Positions 37,497 through 47,772 of a stretch of DNA of 64,000 nucleotides are shown one piece after another. This DNA is from Clostridium sp. CAG:609. GTDB lineage: Bacteria > Bacillota_I > Bacilli_A > RF39 > UBA660. Under the pieces are notes generated by a model. The model did not search any database. It was not told where the DNA came from and saw only the letters and a program-made list of their open reading frames with translations. Numbering within the stretch: the first letter of the stretch is position 1; every line of letters begins with the position of its first letter. The DNA lies in NCBI GenBank assembly GCA_000438075.1, contig FR903548.1, positions 48,570 through 112,569 of the forward strand, in the 5' to 3' direction. Position numbers and translations under genes: made by a program.

Positions 37497-38324
37497 TTGT
37501 ATAGCTTGAGGAAAAGCGTAGCTGCTTTTGCCTTAATGTTATTATTATTTGTTACGACTTCAGCAAAAGCAGCTACTCTTACCGATGAGGAATATTCAAG
37601 ATTAAAGATTATTTTCTCAGATGCCAGAATAGCTACCATGAGTGATGAAGATGCTCAAAGATATTTAAGTTATGATTTAGAAAATACTAATTCAATAAGT
37701 AAATATTATAGAGTAACTGAAACCGCAAATGGAACAACTTCAGTTGAAGTTACAAAAACAGAAGCTGAAGAGGCTTCTCAAGCGATTAATAATAATATAA
37801 CAAGAGGTGCTTCACATAGAACTACATATAAGAATATCCAGATAGTGGCTTCACCAATTTCTGGTAATCATTATTTTATGAAATTTCATGTAAACTGGTT
37901 ATTGACACCTAGAGTAAAATCATATGATGTTAATGCCATGAGAGTTGATGATGTCACAATACAAGAGGGAAGCCAAAAAGGAATGCAAATTTATGGATCT
38001 AATAATAATTATTCAGAAATAAGCTATTCTTATAATGGAACTAACATGGTAAATCAAAGTAATGGCTTTGGTATATCAATGAACCTAGTTGATGCTGCAA
38101 CTGAATTTCAATTAGATATCGAAGCTATAGTTGTCTCAACTTCAAAATGGGCAACAGTATATGCAAGTTATCAACACGCTGCAACAAATGTTACGCTAGC
38201 ACAATCAAAAGCATACAATATTAGTCATAATGGATATGGAGAGGTCATCAACTTCGCAACTGCCGTTGAAAATTATTATGACGGAATGCAAGGAGTATCC
38301 ATCGCATTGGGATACACAGGGTAA
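37497..38324 (+). CDS. Secreted hypothetical protein
   Basis: A probable TTG start at 37497 follows SD AGGAGGTG. Signal peptide ...FALMLLLFVTTSAKA/A. No motif was recognised. Confidence 0.5.
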   Translation: MYSLRKSVAAFALMLLLFVTTSAKAATLTDEEYSRLKIIFSDARIATMSDEDAQRYLSYDLENTNSISKYYRVTETANGTTSVEVTKTEAEEASQAINNNITRGASHRTTYKNIQIVASPISGNHYFMKFHVNWLLTPRVKSYDVNAMRVDDVTIQEGSQKGMQIYGSNNNYSEISYSYNGTNMVNQSNGFGISMNLVDAATEFQLDIEAIVVSTSKWATVYASYQHAATNVTLAQSKAYNISHNGYGEVINFATAVENYYDGMQGVSIALGYTG

Positions 38325-38492
38325 AGCAATTGTAATAGCAATAAATGTACCACCTATATATAAAGATATTGTGTATAGCTTTTATTGAAGGCTCCGAAAA
38401 TTAAACCGTTTATATTGTTACAGAGAATTTAGGTAGGAACTATAAGACTAGTGACAATAAAAAATGAAACTAAAAAAACATCATCTATATTG

Positions 38493-38521
38493 TAATATTT
38501 TAATTCCTCTCAACATACGAT
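38493..38521 (+). promoter_or_regulatory. Sigma-E-type (mother-cell) sporulation promoter upstream of spoIVA
   Basis: TAATATT (38493-38499), 14-nt spacer, CATACGAT (38514-38521). The Bacillus sigma-E consensus as I recall it is kmATAww-14-CATACAhT. It lies about 30 nt upstream of the ATG. Confidence 0.45.
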
Positions 38522-38550
38522 TACAATAGAAAAATGAAAGATGGTGGATT

Positions 38551-40029
38551 ATGGAAAAAGAAAAAATTATATCATCCATAGCTAAACGAGGGAATGGCGA
38601 GATATATCTAGGTGTTGTTGGAGCAGTAAGAACAGGTAAATCTACTTTTATAAAAAGATTTATTGAAAATCTAGTTGTTCCAAACATTAGTGATGAATAT
38701 GAGAAAAAGAGATGTCTTGATGAAATTCCTCAAAGTGCCCAAGGCAAAACAATAATGACTACAGAACCCAAGTTTGTTCCAAGTAACGGAGCTTTGATAA
38801 AAGTAGGAGAATTTGAAACAAATATCAAACTTGTGGATTGTGTTGGATACGTCATTCCCGAAGCTAATGGATTTGTTGATGAGGATGGAAACCCTAGAAT
38901 GGTAAAAAGTCCTTGGTTCGAGGATGCAATTCCATTTGTTGAAGCAGCGGAAATTGGTACAGAAAAAGTTATCAAAGATCATGCCACAATAGGAATTGTT
39001 TTAACAACAGATGGTTCAATCGGTGAAATAAAACGAGAATCATATGTTAATGCTGAAACAAAAGTAGTTGAGGAACTTAAAAATATTGGTAAACCATTTA
39101 TAATTATATTGAATTCGATTCATCCCACAAATACAGAAACGGTTGAACTAGCAAGAAAGCTTAGTGATGACTATGAAGTTCCGGTTATGCCAATAAGTGC
39201 AGAACTAATGAATGAAAAAGAAATTATGGAAATCTTAAAAACTGCATTATATGAATTTCCAGTCTTAGATATCAAAGTATCCATTCCAGAATGGGTACAT
39301 GTATTACCTGAAAGTAATGAAATTAAAAGTCATTATTTAGAAAAAATAAAAGAAAGTGTAATAAGTGTCGAAAAAGTTAAAGATGTAGATTATATTATGG
39401 AGCATTTCAAAGATTCAGAAATTATTAGTGAAGCCTATATATCTGAACTTGATGCCGCGACTGGAACAGTCACAATTACATTAAATAGCAAAAATGAACT
39501 ATATACTGAAACGTTAAAAAATGTTATGGGTGAAATGGTTACATCTAAAGCAGGATTATTAAAAATGTTTTCAAATTATAAGGAAGATATGGATGAAATT
39601 AAATCTCTACGTTCTGCTTTAAAGATGACTAAAAGTACTGGGTATGGTATTGTTTATCCAAGTATAAATGAGTTAAAACTTCAAACACCAGAACTTGTTA
39701 AACAAGGAAGTAGGTATGGGGTTAAACTAAAAGCTATTGCATCAAGTATTCATATGTTGAAAGTTGATGTAGAATCTACTTTTGAACCAATCATAGGTAG
39801 TGAACTACAATCAAAAGAATTAATTGATAGATTAATGAAAGATTATGAAACTGATGCATCAAGTATTTGGAAAAGTGAAATATTTGGAAGAAGTCTTGAA
39901 GCTATTGTTCAAGAGGGAATTCAAGCTAAACTTAGTATGATGCCAGATAACACAAGGTATAAGTTAAAAGACACAGTTTCTAAGATTGTAAATAAGGGAT
40001 CAAATACTTTAATTGCAATAGTTATATAG
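38551..40029 (+). CDS. spoIVA: Stage IV sporulation protein A (spore-coat basement-layer ATPase)
   Basis: Strong collinear similarity to B. subtilis SpoIVA as I recall it: GEIYLGVVGAVRTGKSTFIK, GKTIMTTEPKFVP, LVDCVGY, GKPFI..LNS, ALYEFPVL, QGSRYGVKLKA.A.SIHM.KVDVES, and a C-terminal LIAIV. Confidence 0.95.
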   Translation: MEKEKIISSIAKRGNGEIYLGVVGAVRTGKSTFIKRFIENLVVPNISDEYEKKRCLDEIPQSAQGKTIMTTEPKFVPSNGALIKVGEFETNIKLVDCVGYVIPEANGFVDEDGNPRMVKSPWFEDAIPFVEAAEIGTEKVIKDHATIGIVLTTDGSIGEIKRESYVNAETKVVEELKNIGKPFIIILNSIHPTNTETVELARKLSDDYEVPVMPISAELMNEKEIMEILKTALYEFPVLDIKVSIPEWVHVLPESNEIKSHYLEKIKESVISVEKVKDVDYIMEHFKDSEIISEAYISELDAATGTVTITLNSKNELYTETLKNVMGEMVTSKAGLLKMFSNYKEDMDEIKSLRSALKMTKSTGYGIVYPSINELKLQTPELVKQGSRYGVKLKAIASSIHMLKVDVESTFEPIIGSELQSKELIDRLMKDYETDASSIWKSEIFGRSLEAIVQEGIQAKLSMMPDNTRYKLKDTVSKIVNKGSNTLIAIVI

Positions 40030-40044
40030 CTATTGCTTTTTTTT
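40015..40044 (+). terminator. Rho-independent terminator of spoIVA
   Basis: GCAATAG-ttatata-GCTATTGC hairpin spanning the stop codon, followed by T8. Confidence 0.6.
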
Positions 40045-40103
40045 GACTCAAAAAAGATTTCAATTTGTAAATTAACAGTAATTATTATTCATCTATAAAA
40101 AAG

Positions 40104-40525
40104 GTGATACCAAGTATAACTTATAAAAATAAAATAAAAGATATAGAGATTGGGCAAAACTCAACAGATGGTAAAAACACCTCTGATTTGATGAAAATCG
40201 GATTAATGTATGAAAGTGATTACGGATTTGCAGCAGAACCAAGTGCATGGTTCACAACACTTGATAAATACAGCCAGTCATCAGTTACATTGGTAAATTG
40301 ATGTATATGGGATTGGGAGAATGGACAATCACAAGAAATTCAGGTTAATCAGAACAGGATTATTCTGATTCCAGTGCATATTATATTAATTCCTATGGTG
40401 ATGTAAATGAAGCCGCAACATATTATTTATATTTTGCTATTAGACCAAACTTTTACTTAGATTCATCTGTTCAATATTCCAGTGGAACAGGGACATCAAC
40501 AGATCCAATCAGAATAAAACTTTGA
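40104..40525 (+). pseudogene. Decayed gene: C-terminal part of a secreted/pilin-like protein broken by a frameshift and an in-frame stop
   Basis: Three pieces in different frames read through: ...IGLMYESDYGFAAEPSAWF...SSVTLVN | MYMGLGEWTITRNSG* | SEQDYSDSSAYYINSYGDVNEAATYYLYFAIRPNFYLDSS...GTGTSTDPIRIKL. It retains its terminator. No N-terminal region or start is present. Confidence 0.6.
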
Positions 40526-40551
40526 TACCTTACTCAAGGTATCATTTTCTT
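40523..40551 (+). terminator. Rho-independent terminator retained after the pseudogene
   Basis: TGATACCTT-actc-AAGGTATCA hairpin followed by TTTTCTT. Confidence 0.6.
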
Positions 40552-40618
40552 ATAAACTTATTTTAGTTTACAAATATTTTATAATATGATAGAATAATAA
40601 CCATTCAAGGGGGTTGCT

Positions 40619-41386
40619 ATGAATAAAATATATGGTTTTACTAATGAATGTGTGAGTGCTTATCCTAATATATATAATTTTGATGGAAGTAATGTATTAA
40701 GTGTCTTAGGTAGTGGGGACCAATACTTTACTGCTATATTAAATGGTGCTAAAAATGTTGATGTATTTGATTTAAATATGGTTGCTTGGTATCATTTCTT
40801 ACTTAAATTTAATGCTATTAAGTATTTTACATATGAAGAATTTTATAAATTCTTTGTAACATATAATTTAAATGACTTAAATGACTACTTAAAATTAAGA
40901 AACTATTTACCAGATTATGCAAAAGAATTCTTTGATAATTTATATAAACAACATAAACAATTATCAAGTATAAAGATATCTAATATATTTTTTGATAATT
41001 ATGATATGGAAAATTATCAAAGAATAATACCATATTTTAATATAGATAAATATTATAAATTACAAAGCATATTAAATAATACTGATATACCAGAGTTTTA
41101 TGCAAAACCTTTAGAAGTACTTGCTAAGTCAAGAGACTTACATGGATATGATCTATGTTTATTTTCAAATATTTATGATTGGCTTGGAACAAATCCATCA
41201 AGATATAAAAAATTAATTGAATCATTTGATGCAGATATAATTCAAGCTCATTACCTATGGAAAACAAAAGATATAGATTTACCTGAATTTATAAGTTTAG
41301 GTTTTGAAAAAAGCCTTATACCTGCGGTGAATGAAAGTAAAAAAAATAAATATAATACTGTACTTACATTAAAAAGAGTAAAATAA
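40619..41386 (+). CDS. Hypothetical protein, possibly SAM-dependent (DUF3419/BtaA-like N-terminal pattern)
   Basis: VLSVLGSGDQYFTAILNGAKNVDVFDLN...FLLKFNAIKYFTYEEFYKFF resembles the methyltransferase motif I plus the following helix of that family. This is a weak, by-eye call. Confidence 0.35.
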   Translation: MNKIYGFTNECVSAYPNIYNFDGSNVLSVLGSGDQYFTAILNGAKNVDVFDLNMVAWYHFLLKFNAIKYFTYEEFYKFFVTYNLNDLNDYLKLRNYLPDYAKEFFDNLYKQHKQLSSIKISNIFFDNYDMENYQRIIPYFNIDKYYKLQSILNNTDIPEFYAKPLEVLAKSRDLHGYDLCLFSNIYDWLGTNPSRYKKLIESFDADIIQAHYLWKTKDIDLPEFISLGFEKSLIPAVNESKKNKYNTVLTLKRVK

Positions 41387-41466
41387 ATTAATGCAAATAA
41401 AACAAATTATAATGTTTTATTTGCATTTTAAATATAATAATAATATAATTGAAGTAGGTGATTACA

Positions 41467-42795
41467 ATGTATGAAAATAAAAAAATATTGATTGTCGGAG
41501 CTGCTAAAAGTGGTATTTCCGTAGCTAAATTACTTGCAAATAGAAATAATGAAATCACAATAACAGATTTAAATGATATTGATGAATATAATAAACAATT
41601 ACTTAAATCATTAAATATTAAAATAGTCATAACTAATAATCAAGTAGATTTGTTAAATAATAATTGGGATTTAATTATAAAAAATCCCGTAATAATGTAT
41701 ACAAGTAATATTGTAAAACGATGCAAAGAATTAAATCTTCATGTTGAAAATGAAATGGAAGTAGCATATCACTTTTTACCTAAGGATGTTAAAATAATCG
41801 GCGTAACTGGTTCAAATGGAAAAACAACAACATGCACAATTCTTTATAAAATACTAAAAAATGCTGGCTTAAGTGTAGTTCTTGGAGGTAATATTGGCAC
41901 ACCTTTAAGTGAACTAGTTCCAACTATAAAAGTAAAAGATATAATTTTACTTGAAATAAGTGATCATCAATTATGTGACTTATTTGATTTTAAAACAGAC
42001 ATAAGCATACTTACTAATATATGTCCAACTCACTTAGATTATCATGGAACTTATGAACATTACAAAATGACTAAAAGAAAAATATTTAATAATCATACAT
42101 CAAATGATTATGCTATAATTAATAAAGAATCTCTAGATGCCTTGGAAGTATCTTCATATATTCCATCTAAAAAATATTATTTTAGTAGTAAAACAAAAGC
42201 TGACTCATACTATAATAATGGATTCATTTATTTAAATAATGAATTATATTTAGACGCAAAAGATATAAAAATAAAAGGTATTCACAACTATGAAAATATT
42301 ATGGCCTCATTACTTGTATGTAACATATTACATATTAAAAAGGATGTAATCGTAGACTTTTTAAAAAGTTTCAATGGTGTTGAACATCGTTTAGAATTTG
42401 TAAAAACTGTAAACGGGGTAGAATATTATAACGATACTAAATCAACAAATCCTACCTCAACAATAACAGCATTGAAAACTTTTGATAAAAAAATAAATCT
42501 TATTCTCGGAGGATTAAACCGTAACCAAGATTATCATGAACTTGATAATTACATGTCAAATGTTGTAAATATATTTGCAATCGGAGAAACTACCGATATA
42601 GTAAGTGACTATGCTAAAAGTATAAATATTCCATGTAAAAAAGAATATACATTAGATAAAGCTATGCAAGATATTAAAAATATTGCTAAAAATGGAGAAA
42701 TTGTTTTGCTTTCAACTGCATCATCTAGTCAAGATCAATATCCTCATTTCGAAGATCGTGGTATTGAATTTAAAAATATAGTTGAAAAATTTTAA
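41467..42795 (+). CDS. murD: UDP-N-acetylmuramoylalanine--D-glutamate ligase
   Basis: N-terminal Rossmann KKILIVGAAKSGIS, Mur ligase P-loop GVTGSNGKTTT, and DDYAHTP-position variants NDTKSTNP typical of MurD. The start is ATG 41467 behind AGGTGA. Confidence 0.9.
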   Translation: MYENKKILIVGAAKSGISVAKLLANRNNEITITDLNDIDEYNKQLLKSLNIKIVITNNQVDLLNNNWDLIIKNPVIMYTSNIVKRCKELNLHVENEMEVAYHFLPKDVKIIGVTGSNGKTTTCTILYKILKNAGLSVVLGGNIGTPLSELVPTIKVKDIILLEISDHQLCDLFDFKTDISILTNICPTHLDYHGTYEHYKMTKRKIFNNHTSNDYAIINKESLDALEVSSYIPSKKYYFSSKTKADSYYNNGFIYLNNELYLDAKDIKIKGIHNYENIMASLLVCNILHIKKDVIVDFLKSFNGVEHRLEFVKTVNGVEYYNDTKSTNPTSTITALKTFDKKINLILGGLNRNQDYHELDNYMSNVVNIFAIGETTDIVSDYAKSINIPCKKEYTLDKAMQDIKNIAKNGEIVLLSTASSSQDQYPHFEDRGIEFKNIVEKF

Positions 42796-42846
42796 ATAAA
42801 AAGTTATAATTATTATATATAAATAGAATAAAGAGAGGCTGATAAC

Positions 42847-44211
42847 ATGAATGGACAAAATCCAAATGAATTAAATAATCAAAATAATTTAACAGGGACA
42901 CCCCTTGGTGCCACATCTTTAGGTGGGATAAATCCCAATCCAGTACCAAATCCAACACCAATGCCTAACCCAGAACCAGAAAGTCTAGACTTAGGAACAC
43001 CACAACCAATACCTAATGTAAATGGAAGTGTAAATCCTACAGTAACACCTGTAAACAACACAGCTCCACAAGCTCAACCAATACCAGGTACTGAAGGAAC
43101 TCCATCACCACAGTTTAGCAACTTAACAGCAAATACTGTGGGAATAAATTCAGGAAACTTAAATAATAATTTTGTGTCTCCTCAAAAAATAGATAACATC
43201 GGAGTAATTCCTCCAACAGGTAATGAACCAAGTAAAAAGGCTAAAAAACCAATGAGTAAAGTACTATTCACTGTTATAATTTTATTACTTATCGCCGGTG
43301 TTGCATACGGAGTATATTACTTCTTATCTCAAAGTAAAAAAGTAAAACTTGAAGGCAAAACTGTAAACATTGACCTAGGTAGCACTTTATCAACAAACAT
43401 TAACGATTACTTTACAATTAAAACTGGTTCATCTAGTTTATGTAACACTGTAAATATTAAAAATGTTGATACAAAAACTCCAGGTTCATACAAAGTAACA
43501 GTAACATGTGGAAAAGATACATTTACATCAACCGTAGTTATCAGTGATAAACAAGCACCAACTGTTAGTTTAAAACCTGTATTTAAAACAGTAAATGATA
43601 CAATTACAATAAATGATTTTGTTATCAGTTGTACAGATGCATCAAAATGTACAACAACATTTAAAGATGAAGCAAGTGTAACTAACTACTTGCAAACTGC
43701 AAGCAACAAAGCTATTGCTATAACTATTAATGCTAAAGATGATGTAGGTAATGAACAAGATTACAACATAGATTTATATGTAATGCCATACAAATTATTT
43801 AGATTTATAAATTGTGAAAGTACATCTAGTGCTTTACAAGGATACAAAGCAACAAAAACCGTAAGTGACATTATTCCAACTGGAACAAATGAAGAAGGAA
43901 GTCCAGTATTCATGGGTATAGCTCGTCGTGATTATAAATATGTCTTCGAAGATGAACAAGAATATCAAAATGTCGTAGGTAAAAAAGAAGCAACAATTAC
44001 ATTTGATAATATCACAGGTATAGCATACTATAGTGATAAAACAAAAACATTAACAATATCTACGGATTTATCACTTGCAACACTACAAAGTGAAAATAAT
44101 AATGTATTTCCAACAACATTCGTAGAAATTCAAAGTTTATACAAAGATACTAAATCATATTCATGTTCATATGATCAAACATATCCAGTATTAGAAAGTG
44201 AAGAAAATTAA
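42847..44211 (+). CDS. Bitopic membrane protein: Pro/Asn-rich cytoplasmic N-region, TM, Ig-like extracellular domains
   Basis: NPNPVPNPTPMPNPEPE low-complexity region, TM (VLFTVIILLLIAGVAYGVYYF), and a DKQAPTVSL... segment typical of bacterial Ig-like repeats. Confidence 0.5.
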   Translation: MNGQNPNELNNQNNLTGTPLGATSLGGINPNPVPNPTPMPNPEPESLDLGTPQPIPNVNGSVNPTVTPVNNTAPQAQPIPGTEGTPSPQFSNLTANTVGINSGNLNNNFVSPQKIDNIGVIPPTGNEPSKKAKKPMSKVLFTVIILLLIAGVAYGVYYFLSQSKKVKLEGKTVNIDLGSTLSTNINDYFTIKTGSSSLCNTVNIKNVDTKTPGSYKVTVTCGKDTFTSTVVISDKQAPTVSLKPVFKTVNDTITINDFVISCTDASKCTTTFKDEASVTNYLQTASNKAIAITINAKDDVGNEQDYNIDLYVMPYKLFRFINCESTSSALQGYKATKTVSDIIPTGTNEEGSPVFMGIARRDYKYVFEDEQEYQNVVGKKEATITFDNITGIAYYSDKTKTLTISTDLSLATLQSENNNVFPTTFVEIQSLYKDTKSYSCSYDQTYPVLESEEN

Positions 44212-44294
44212 TTCTTCATTTTTTTTGAAAAAGTTTTTCAAAAACTAATGACTTTTTCTTCCATAATTGATACAATAAAGGTGGGTGTTGAAAA

Positions 44295-45050
44295 ATGAAA
44301 TTAATAAAAAAACTAGTGATGTACATTTGCGTAGCATTAATCGTCGGATTAATATGTTTTACATTTTCAAAAACATTTGCATTTAAAAGCGATGATAATA
44401 GTGCTATACCTGAAATAGATTCAAATTTAATAACAAAATTATATACTTATTTACCATCAAAAGAAATAGGTAATACCCAAACTTTATATAACACATATTA
44501 CTTAACAGTTAACAATATTAGTTATATAACCCAAGCGTTAATGACTTACAATTACATAATAAACTATGATGAATTCAAATTAAAAACAGTACCTGAAGAA
44601 GAAAAAAATAATTTAAATATCGAAGGAACCATATTATATAAAATAACTAAAGAAGATTTTATAAATGCTTTAACATATCTTTTTGGAACAAACGAAAGAT
44701 ACTATGATACAGACTTTAAAATAAATAGTAATCTAAAAGCAAAATTTAAAAATGATAATTATTATATATACGAAGAAAATACTATAGATAACATAATATA
44801 CTATAAAGGACTTGATTCATATACTCTAACAGATAACAGAGAAACAATTAAACTAAATGAATATTACTTAAGATGTAATAAAGAAACTAAAGAATGTTTT
44901 GATAAAGAAGGAAGTGATACTCCGGTATCATACATAAAATATAGTGAAAACCTAGATATAAATAGCATCAAAGATAAAATAAAACGTTATGAACATGTTT
45001 TTAAATATGAAAGTGATCATTATATTTGGATAAGTACTGAAGGTATTTAA
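44295..45050 (+). CDS. Hypothetical N-terminally anchored protein
   Basis: N-terminal TM (LVMYICVALIVGLICFTF). No motif was recognised. Confidence 0.45.
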   Translation: MKLIKKLVMYICVALIVGLICFTFSKTFAFKSDDNSAIPEIDSNLITKLYTYLPSKEIGNTQTLYNTYYLTVNNISYITQALMTYNYIINYDEFKLKTVPEEEKNNLNIEGTILYKITKEDFINALTYLFGTNERYYDTDFKINSNLKAKFKNDNYYIYEENTIDNIIYYKGLDSYTLTDNRETIKLNEYYLRCNKETKECFDKEGSDTPVSYIKYSENLDINSIKDKIKRYEHVFKYESDHYIWISTEGI

Positions 45051-45073
45051 CTAAATAAACAGGGAGGTTTAAA

Positions 45074-46081
45074 ATGAATTTAGAAAATGATTTATATAGT
45101 ATTTGTTATGATATACTTACAATTATGGTAGAAAATCTTGAAGTAAAACATGAATCTGACTTAAGTCAAGTAGGTAGAGAAATCCTAGATTTACTAACTA
45201 ATAACCAAAGTAGCTTAAACCAAGATTTAAAAAAATTATTCGGTGACTACAAAATAACTAATATCCAAGACATGAAAAGAATTATGCTTCTTATGATTCC
45301 ATCTAAATCTTATATGAATCTTTATTATGATAAATTAAAAGGTATAGATAATCCCGATAATGAAGAATTACTTATGTTTTTAGATACTCTAGATTATAGC
45401 GATATTTTAAATCTATTTTATAGTGATGATGTAGAACTTGTATATCAGTTAATTGATTGTTTTATTGATTATACCAAAAGGCCATATATATTTGAAAACT
45501 TAAGTAAAGAAGAAATAATTAATCATAAACTTACTAAAAAAATACTTGAATTAAATCCATTCGAGGTTTTAAATCTCGGAGATTATTTACCTAAAAAAAT
45601 GTTAATTAATTCTGAAGTATGTATTCAAAGTTTCTTAGATATCTATGATAAATCATTATCTATATCAATAAATGATGATGAATTTTCATATAACTTTATG
45701 GATAATGTCAAAGATTATTTTCTTAATGATTCAGAAAAAATAAATACTTTCATTCAATATGCTATTGCTAATATTTATGAAACGCTTATAACTTATAAAA
45801 ATAGCAAAGATCCATTACTAAAAGATTATTATGATTTAATAAATGTCTGTGAAAACTTTGATTTAAAAACAATAATATTTCAGTTTCTAAATAATAATGA
45901 ATTTAGAAATAGAGTAGTGGAATGCTTTGTATTATGTAATGACTCATTAGTAAACGGAGACTTAATATGTAAAAGAAATACATACAAAGATGTAGGTAAT
46001 ATAAAAACATTAAAGAGATTAAACCCATTTTATATCGAAGAAGAAATAGTATTTAACAAAATAAAAGAGACTAGTTGTTAG
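45074..46081 (+). CDS. Hypothetical cytoplasmic protein
   Basis: 335-aa ORF behind SD GGGAGG. No motif was recognised. Confidence 0.45.
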   Translation: MNLENDLYSICYDILTIMVENLEVKHESDLSQVGREILDLLTNNQSSLNQDLKKLFGDYKITNIQDMKRIMLLMIPSKSYMNLYYDKLKGIDNPDNEELLMFLDTLDYSDILNLFYSDDVELVYQLIDCFIDYTKRPYIFENLSKEEIINHKLTKKILELNPFEVLNLGDYLPKKMLINSEVCIQSFLDIYDKSLSISINDDEFSYNFMDNVKDYFLNDSEKINTFIQYAIANIYETLITYKNSKDPLLKDYYDLINVCENFDLKTIIFQFLNNNEFRNRVVECFVLCNDSLVNGDLICKRNTYKDVGNIKTLKRLNPFYIEEEIVFNKIKETSC

Positions 46082-47645
46082 TCTCATTTTTTAATACTGC
46101 ATGAACTACATACTTATTATATTCATCAGCACATGTTGATAAAGTAAGTATTTTATCATTTTCATTTAAATCTATTTTAAAATCATATATACTTCGCTTT
46201 GTTATTAAATTGTACATATCCATTTTAGTTTCATTATCAGGAAATATAACTTTTAAATAATCAGTAGTAGTTTTAACTTTATAAATAGAAAATATTTGAT
46301 AATGTAGTGTTTCATACAAAGTTTTTAAAGTAATAATCTGATTATCTGGATTAGTATACCAATTATATCTCATTGCATTTTGAAGCGTACCAAACATAAC
46401 ACCACTATAATATCTATTGTGAGCATATAAAATAACATTATCACTTAAAACATTTACATCACTTCGGTAATCCATAAATACCCAACCATTTTTATCTTCT
46501 TCAAAATTTATATTATGTTTCAAATAATAAGTATTATTATTAGTTTGAACTACTGGATAATCTATATTTGTGTTATTAACCTTAATCCATGCAACAGTCT
46601 CAGGATTAACATTATAAGCACCAGCTACATCTTCATTAATAATCTTTTTACTATTATTTGTTTTATTTTGAACATCTTCAAGTATTGCTTCACTTCCATT
46701 AATACTTATAACTTCACTTAATTTATCTTGAATCTTTTCTACCTTCTTCATTGATGAATAATTATCATAAAACACATAAGCAAAAGTAAAAGTAATAATT
46801 AATATAATGATATAACCACATGTTTTTAAAATACTATTATTAGCTTGTTTCATAATATTATTATTTATATATTCGTTACTATATTCTAATTTAAAATATA
46901 TTTTATATCTTTTGCTTTTCTTTTTATTAAAGTTCTTTAAATAATTTATTACTTCTTCATCACTTATATTATCATGTATTACTATTCTAACATTCTTTTT
47001 ATTATTTTTTATTAAAGTATTTACAATAAACTCTAAATCACTTTTATTAACTGATGAAACATTTATTGTTTTTAAATACTTATTTATTTTACAAAAAGCA
47101 TTAAAGTCTTCGATATCTTGATTATCCATAGGTAAATCAATTTGTAAAGTCATCTTATAAAATAGGGAAGAGAATACACTTAAATTATTTTGTAACATAA
47201 AATTAGATAAATAAAGTATTTCATTTCTAGATTCAATTAATATATGATATTTATCTAAGTATTCAATCATAAATGGTTGTAAATTATAACAGTTTACATT
47301 CTTTATATTTGTTTTAGCAATCATTTCACACAAAGAAAAAGTTAATTGATTTTCTTCTTTTAATATTAGATTAACTATTTGTTTATTGCCTTTGATTAAA
47401 TTTAAAACAATCTTAGCAAAGTCAAACTTTTCTATACATAAAGCATCAATATTATAATCATTTGTAAGTTCACTTAAAAATGAGCTAACTATTTTTTGAT
47501 TTTGTACTAAATAATCACTTGAAAATATTAGTTCATTACAACTAATTACATTTGTATTAAGAATTTCTTTATATTCGTTAGATAATTTAATACGTTCTTT
47601 AACTATCAAAGTGTTATTTTGTATCTTAAATAATAATTTTTTCAT
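46071..47645 (-). CDS. srtB: Class B sortase fused to a ~270-aa N-terminal cytoplasmic domain
   Basis: The C-terminal ~230 aa carry SrtB blocks: VAWIKVNNTNIDYPVVQTNNNTYYLKH, VILYAHNRYYSGVMFGTL, TLSTC. A single TM (CGYIIILIITFTFAYVFY) lies at about aa 275. The preceding 270 aa are Leu/Ile/Asn-rich with no recognised motif. Confidence 0.75.
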   Translation of the reverse strand: MKKLLFKIQNNTLIVKERIKLSNEYKEILNTNVISCNELIFSSDYLVQNQKIVSSFLSELTNDYNIDALCIEKFDFAKIVLNLIKGNKQIVNLILKEENQLTFSLCEMIAKTNIKNVNCYNLQPFMIEYLDKYHILIESRNEILYLSNFMLQNNLSVFSSLFYKMTLQIDLPMDNQDIEDFNAFCKINKYLKTINVSSVNKSDLEFIVNTLIKNNKKNVRIVIHDNISDEEVINYLKNFNKKKSKRYKIYFKLEYSNEYINNNIMKQANNSILKTCGYIIILIITFTFAYVFYDNYSSMKKVEKIQDKLSEVISINGSEAILEDVQNKTNNSKKIINEDVAGAYNVNPETVAWIKVNNTNIDYPVVQTNNNTYYLKHNINFEEDKNGWVFMDYRSDVNVLSDNVILYAHNRYYSGVMFGTLQNAMRYNWYTNPDNQIITLKTLYETLHYQIFSIYKVKTTTDYLKVIFPDNETKMDMYNLITKRSIYDFKIDLNENDKILTLSTCADEYNKYVVHAVLKNETNN

Positions 47646-47772
47646 ATGATCAATCCTCGTATGTTATACTATTATAATATCACAAATTTACACTTTTTAA
47701 TATATTTTTATAAAAAATATGTTGTTTTTTGTATTTTTATGATATAATTTAGACATAATAGAGATAGGAGAG

